Assembly: GCF_000181795.1 (NCBI RefSeq)
Contig: NW_003526945.1
Span: 597,492 to 661,491 of the forward strand
Direction of reading: 5' to 3'
Source of the DNA: Trichinella spiralis
Taxonomy: Eukaryota
DNA length: 64,000 nucleotides
Shown here: positions 52,101-64,000 of the stretch, in pieces
Layout: every line of letters starts with the position of its first letter
How positions within the stretch are numbered: position 1 is the stretch's first letter
Notes under the pieces: model-generated
Database searches by the model: none
Seen by the model: the letters and a program-made list of their open reading frames with translations, nothing else
Told to the model about the DNA's origin: nothing
Made by a program: the position numbers and the translations under genes

Positions 52101-53589
52101 TCACATATATAAAGCTTGTTTAACATCGATTGACATGATCACATGTCTTGAAAACTTTTCCTAGTTTCTTCATCAGGAAGTTTGTGTTAGCTTTGAAGAT
52201 TTAGAATAACATGGATGTAACAACTGATCAGCTGTGAAGAATGCTTTATACTTACTCATACAAACATATTCTCTCTTAATATTTACATAATAATTAATCC
52301 ATATGAACATCGCTATAAGCGTATAGCCGCTGGGATAGGTATAGAATATAAACAATACTACTTTACCTTCTAATGCATTCACTTTTGTTCGAATTTTTCC
52401 ACTTATAAATTTCCATTTCTCATTTCTAAAAATTAGCACTGAAATTTATCCACTGATTGAAAATCTTCAGTGATATTCTTATCCGGCTATCAGGTTCAAT
52501 ATGCACTTTAAGAATTTTCAAGTAGATATGCTTTTTTTCTTACAAAATTATAAAATATCAAATGTATACCGACATAATGATTGGAAAATATAAAAACAGT
52601 TTTTACTTTATTACATTTTATAATTGATAATTAATTTAAATAAATTAAGAATAAGTTTAACAGTTCTGAAATAAGAATTTTTGTATGCCAAGCAGGGTCA
52701 TGTACATGAAACGCTAGTGTTCATTGAACATTTTAATAATTATAAAAAGTGTTCTTTATTATGAAAAATTTTCAGTCGAAATTATTTATTATTAATTAAG
52801 ATGGACTTCATATTTTTTAAATTGTTCAAAATTTTGAATTTGTTTTGTTTGTGAAATTTACCTTTTCTCCACTGAAATTGTAATTATAAATCAGAGAAGA
52901 AATTTCTCATGCAAATAAAGTAATTTTAATACGTATAAATACATAAAAATAATTTAAAATTTTGTGAAGTGAAAAATGACAAATAAATTCGTAATGGAAT
53001 GCTTTATTGTCAAATAAGCAAATAAGCTAACGCTATTCATAAATCATTGATAGACTTCAAAAGTGCAGTCAAGTTGCTTTCATTTTTGAAGATGAGTAAA
53101 ATATATTTTCAATATCAGCTGCCAACTGTTTTTGTCGCTAGGCGGCAAGTTACGCTATTTGCTGTCATAATGTTTAATACATTTTTTCACAGCCAAACCC
53201 AAAAACGTTCTTCGCTCTTTTTCCTTGTGTATTTTATAAATTTCATAGCTTCGTTGTGTTTTCAATTAGTAAACTGTCATAATATTAATTGAATGCTAAA
53301 TTTTTTATACTGACAATCGTATAATAAGTTATGCAGCTGACTGATCATTGGTGTTTAAATTTTCTTTATAACTTTTCAGTTAGAGCAGGTTCACCAACTT
53401 CTTGATTGATGATAACTTTTGGACTGCTTGTGTGTTGGCTGCTTCATCTTTTTAATAATCGTCCTTTTTAATAAGTTGAATAAGGCTAAAGTGTTGGAAT
53501 AATTTCTCCGGTAATGTCAAAAGAAAATATGTATTATTTCTTTCTTATTTAAATATGAAATATATTCGGTCACATTCAGGTATGGATGA

Positions 53590-53751
<162 letters not shown>

Positions 53752-53768
53752 TGAGACTACCAGTCTAG

Positions 53769-61155
<7,387 letters not shown>

Positions 61156-61490
61156 TTCATCCACTGGTCGGCGTAAAATTATTGAACAAAAATATTAATA
61201 ATAATAATAATAATGATATGATAAATTAATTTAATAAAATTATTATTGTTATTAGAACAAATGACTCAACAACAAATGGTGTGTTGTTTTTGATTTTTTT
61301 TTCTTTTTACAGTTGACACGTTGATTTTTGACTTTCAAGTTATTTGAAGTACAGTAAGAACAATGCGTAGAGTGTTGTGCGCGTTACCCGAAGTGGCAAC
61401 GCGGTTGCGCCTGTGCCTGGCCTGAATTAAGTAGCTGCGGCGACGATAGCAATCACGCACGGCACTGTGTAACTGTAACCAGTTTTGTGA

Positions 61491-61610
<120 letters not shown>

Positions 61611-61774
61611 TAATAATAGAGAATAACAGCAACGATAATAATAATAATAAAAGGAGAAATAAGAAGAAGACGAAGAACAAGAGTAACAGCAACAACACCA
61701 ACAGCTACAACAACACCAACATCTCCACATCAACATTATTATCATCTGAGAAGGAAAAAAAGTGGATAGAATAA

Positions 61775-61970
<196 letters not shown>

Positions 61971-62048
61971 TAAATTCACTTTTTATTCATCATGAACGTC
62001 ACGGTGGTTTTGCTTTTTGACGTCAAGCTCGGTCGGGCTATATAATAA

Positions 62049-62219
<171 letters not shown>

Positions 62220-62247
62220 TAGCAGTAGTGATATATACACATATATG

Positions 62248-62279
<32 letters not shown>

Positions 62280-62692
62280 AAAAGCCTTATCCATGTAGAG
62301 AAAGAGTAACGCTTGATCTGGATTTGCATCTCAGGAATTCATGGCGCGCAGTTTTTGAAAATCAACACAACACCGGACGGTTCTTGTAAAATTTTTCAGA
62401 CGCTGTTTCACTTGAAGATGTGAATTTTTGAACACATCCTGAAGCGATGAACAATAAACACAGGGAAAAGAATTGTTCAATTAAAATTTTTCAATAGATT
62501 GCAAAATTAACCACTGATGATTCTGAGCGGTAAAATTTGAAATTTTTCATGCGAACAACCAGACTGCTCGACAATTGGATTGGATTGGAATTGGTTGTTG
62601 TTTTTTTGTTCTGTTTTCTGATCAATTATTTTTTTTCGAATTACAAAATTCAAGCAAAAAGTGGAAATCAATTTCACAATAAGCATGCTTAA

Positions 62693-62875
<183 letters not shown>

Positions 62876-63082
62876 TAAAACTTTTGTACGGGTGGGGAAC
62901 AACAAAAAAAAGCAAATAAGAATAGAAAATTTTTTCTCACATCCTCTGGGCGTTTATTCAAATTTTTCATTTGCTCGACCAATCGATTTATGAATTATTA
63001 TTATTATTATTATTATTATTGCACAACAATATTGGCAGAAAACCAAAAGAGAGGAATAAATCAAACATGAGAACCAAAATGA

Positions 63083-63238
<156 letters not shown>

Positions 63239-64000
63239 TGATGATGCATATTTTCAATTATTATAAATGAATTTTCTTGTTTCTTCTGCATTATTTTGAT
63301 TAAATAGCAACCGACGCACACATTTTGAAAATGTGCAATCACTCAGCAGTGTAGTTTTTTTCTATTTGCTGACTGACTGACTGACTGCTTTGAAGATAAA
63401 GCATCTTTCTCAAAGCTTCAATTTTTGAGCCCCTCTCTTCTGTGTGTGTGGAAATAATTTTTTCTTTGTTTCTGTTTATTCCTGCGAATTGCACTTTCAC
63501 TTTCCAATCTGCTTACAACAACAACAACAACAACAACTGCTCACCCACTTGCTTACTTGTTCAATAATTATTCATAAAACCGATCGATTAATTTGGTGGA
63601 GGAAAAAATACCTTTCCTATCTGCTTGCTTTCTGTTTTCTTTTGCTTGATGACGTTTCTCACTTCAACGCAATTAATAAGCACACCTTTACGAGATTTCA
63701 TCGTGATAATCTTCTCGATCAATGATAAATGGGAAGAAGTTTCAGTGTTTTTGAAGCGAATGGCAATTTCCACAATTCTACTAATTTACTACGTTTCGTA
63801 TTTCTAATTTTTTAATGCTATTTTCAATTTTCTCTCTCACACAAGGGATATTCTTTTTTTTGGTTAAATTTTGTTTCATATAAACATATATATGAATAAT
63901 AATGAGTGTTGTTGTGCAGTTGATGATGACATCTGCATTTTCATTGTGCTTATTTTTGAAAATTTGAAAAGTGTGCTTTGGATTTTTCCATTTGACAAAT

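Overview
Eukaryotic, AT-rich, intron-rich genomic DNA with short introns and many (TA)n/(TG)n microsatellites. The gene set and protein sequences point to a nematode, probably a clade I (Trichinella-like) species; this is inference, not an identification. I reconstructed spliced models by hand from GT-AG sites and intron phases: the first coding exon of alpha-catenin (-), a TINAG/Swim-like cathepsin B pseudo-protease (-), a MALT1 paracaspase (-), an E75/Rev-erb (NHR-85) nuclear receptor with a very long F domain (+), an intronless 7-repeat UNC-87/CLIK calponin-repeat gene (+) followed by a small 3-exon single-repeat paralogue (+), an alpha7/ACR-16-group nicotinic receptor alpha subunit (+), and the probable signal-peptide exon of another gene (+). 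The most striking observation is in the nAChR gene. It has two tandem 87-nt, phase-1/1 exons (57480-57566 and 57880-57966), each encoding the pore-lining M2 helix and M2-M3 loop with very different pore residues. This looks like a mutually exclusive pore-switching cassette, comparable to exon 8 of insect alpha6 and, as far as I know, not described in nematodes. There is also a foldback/MITE-like inverted repeat next to an assembly gap near 1.8-2.5 kb.
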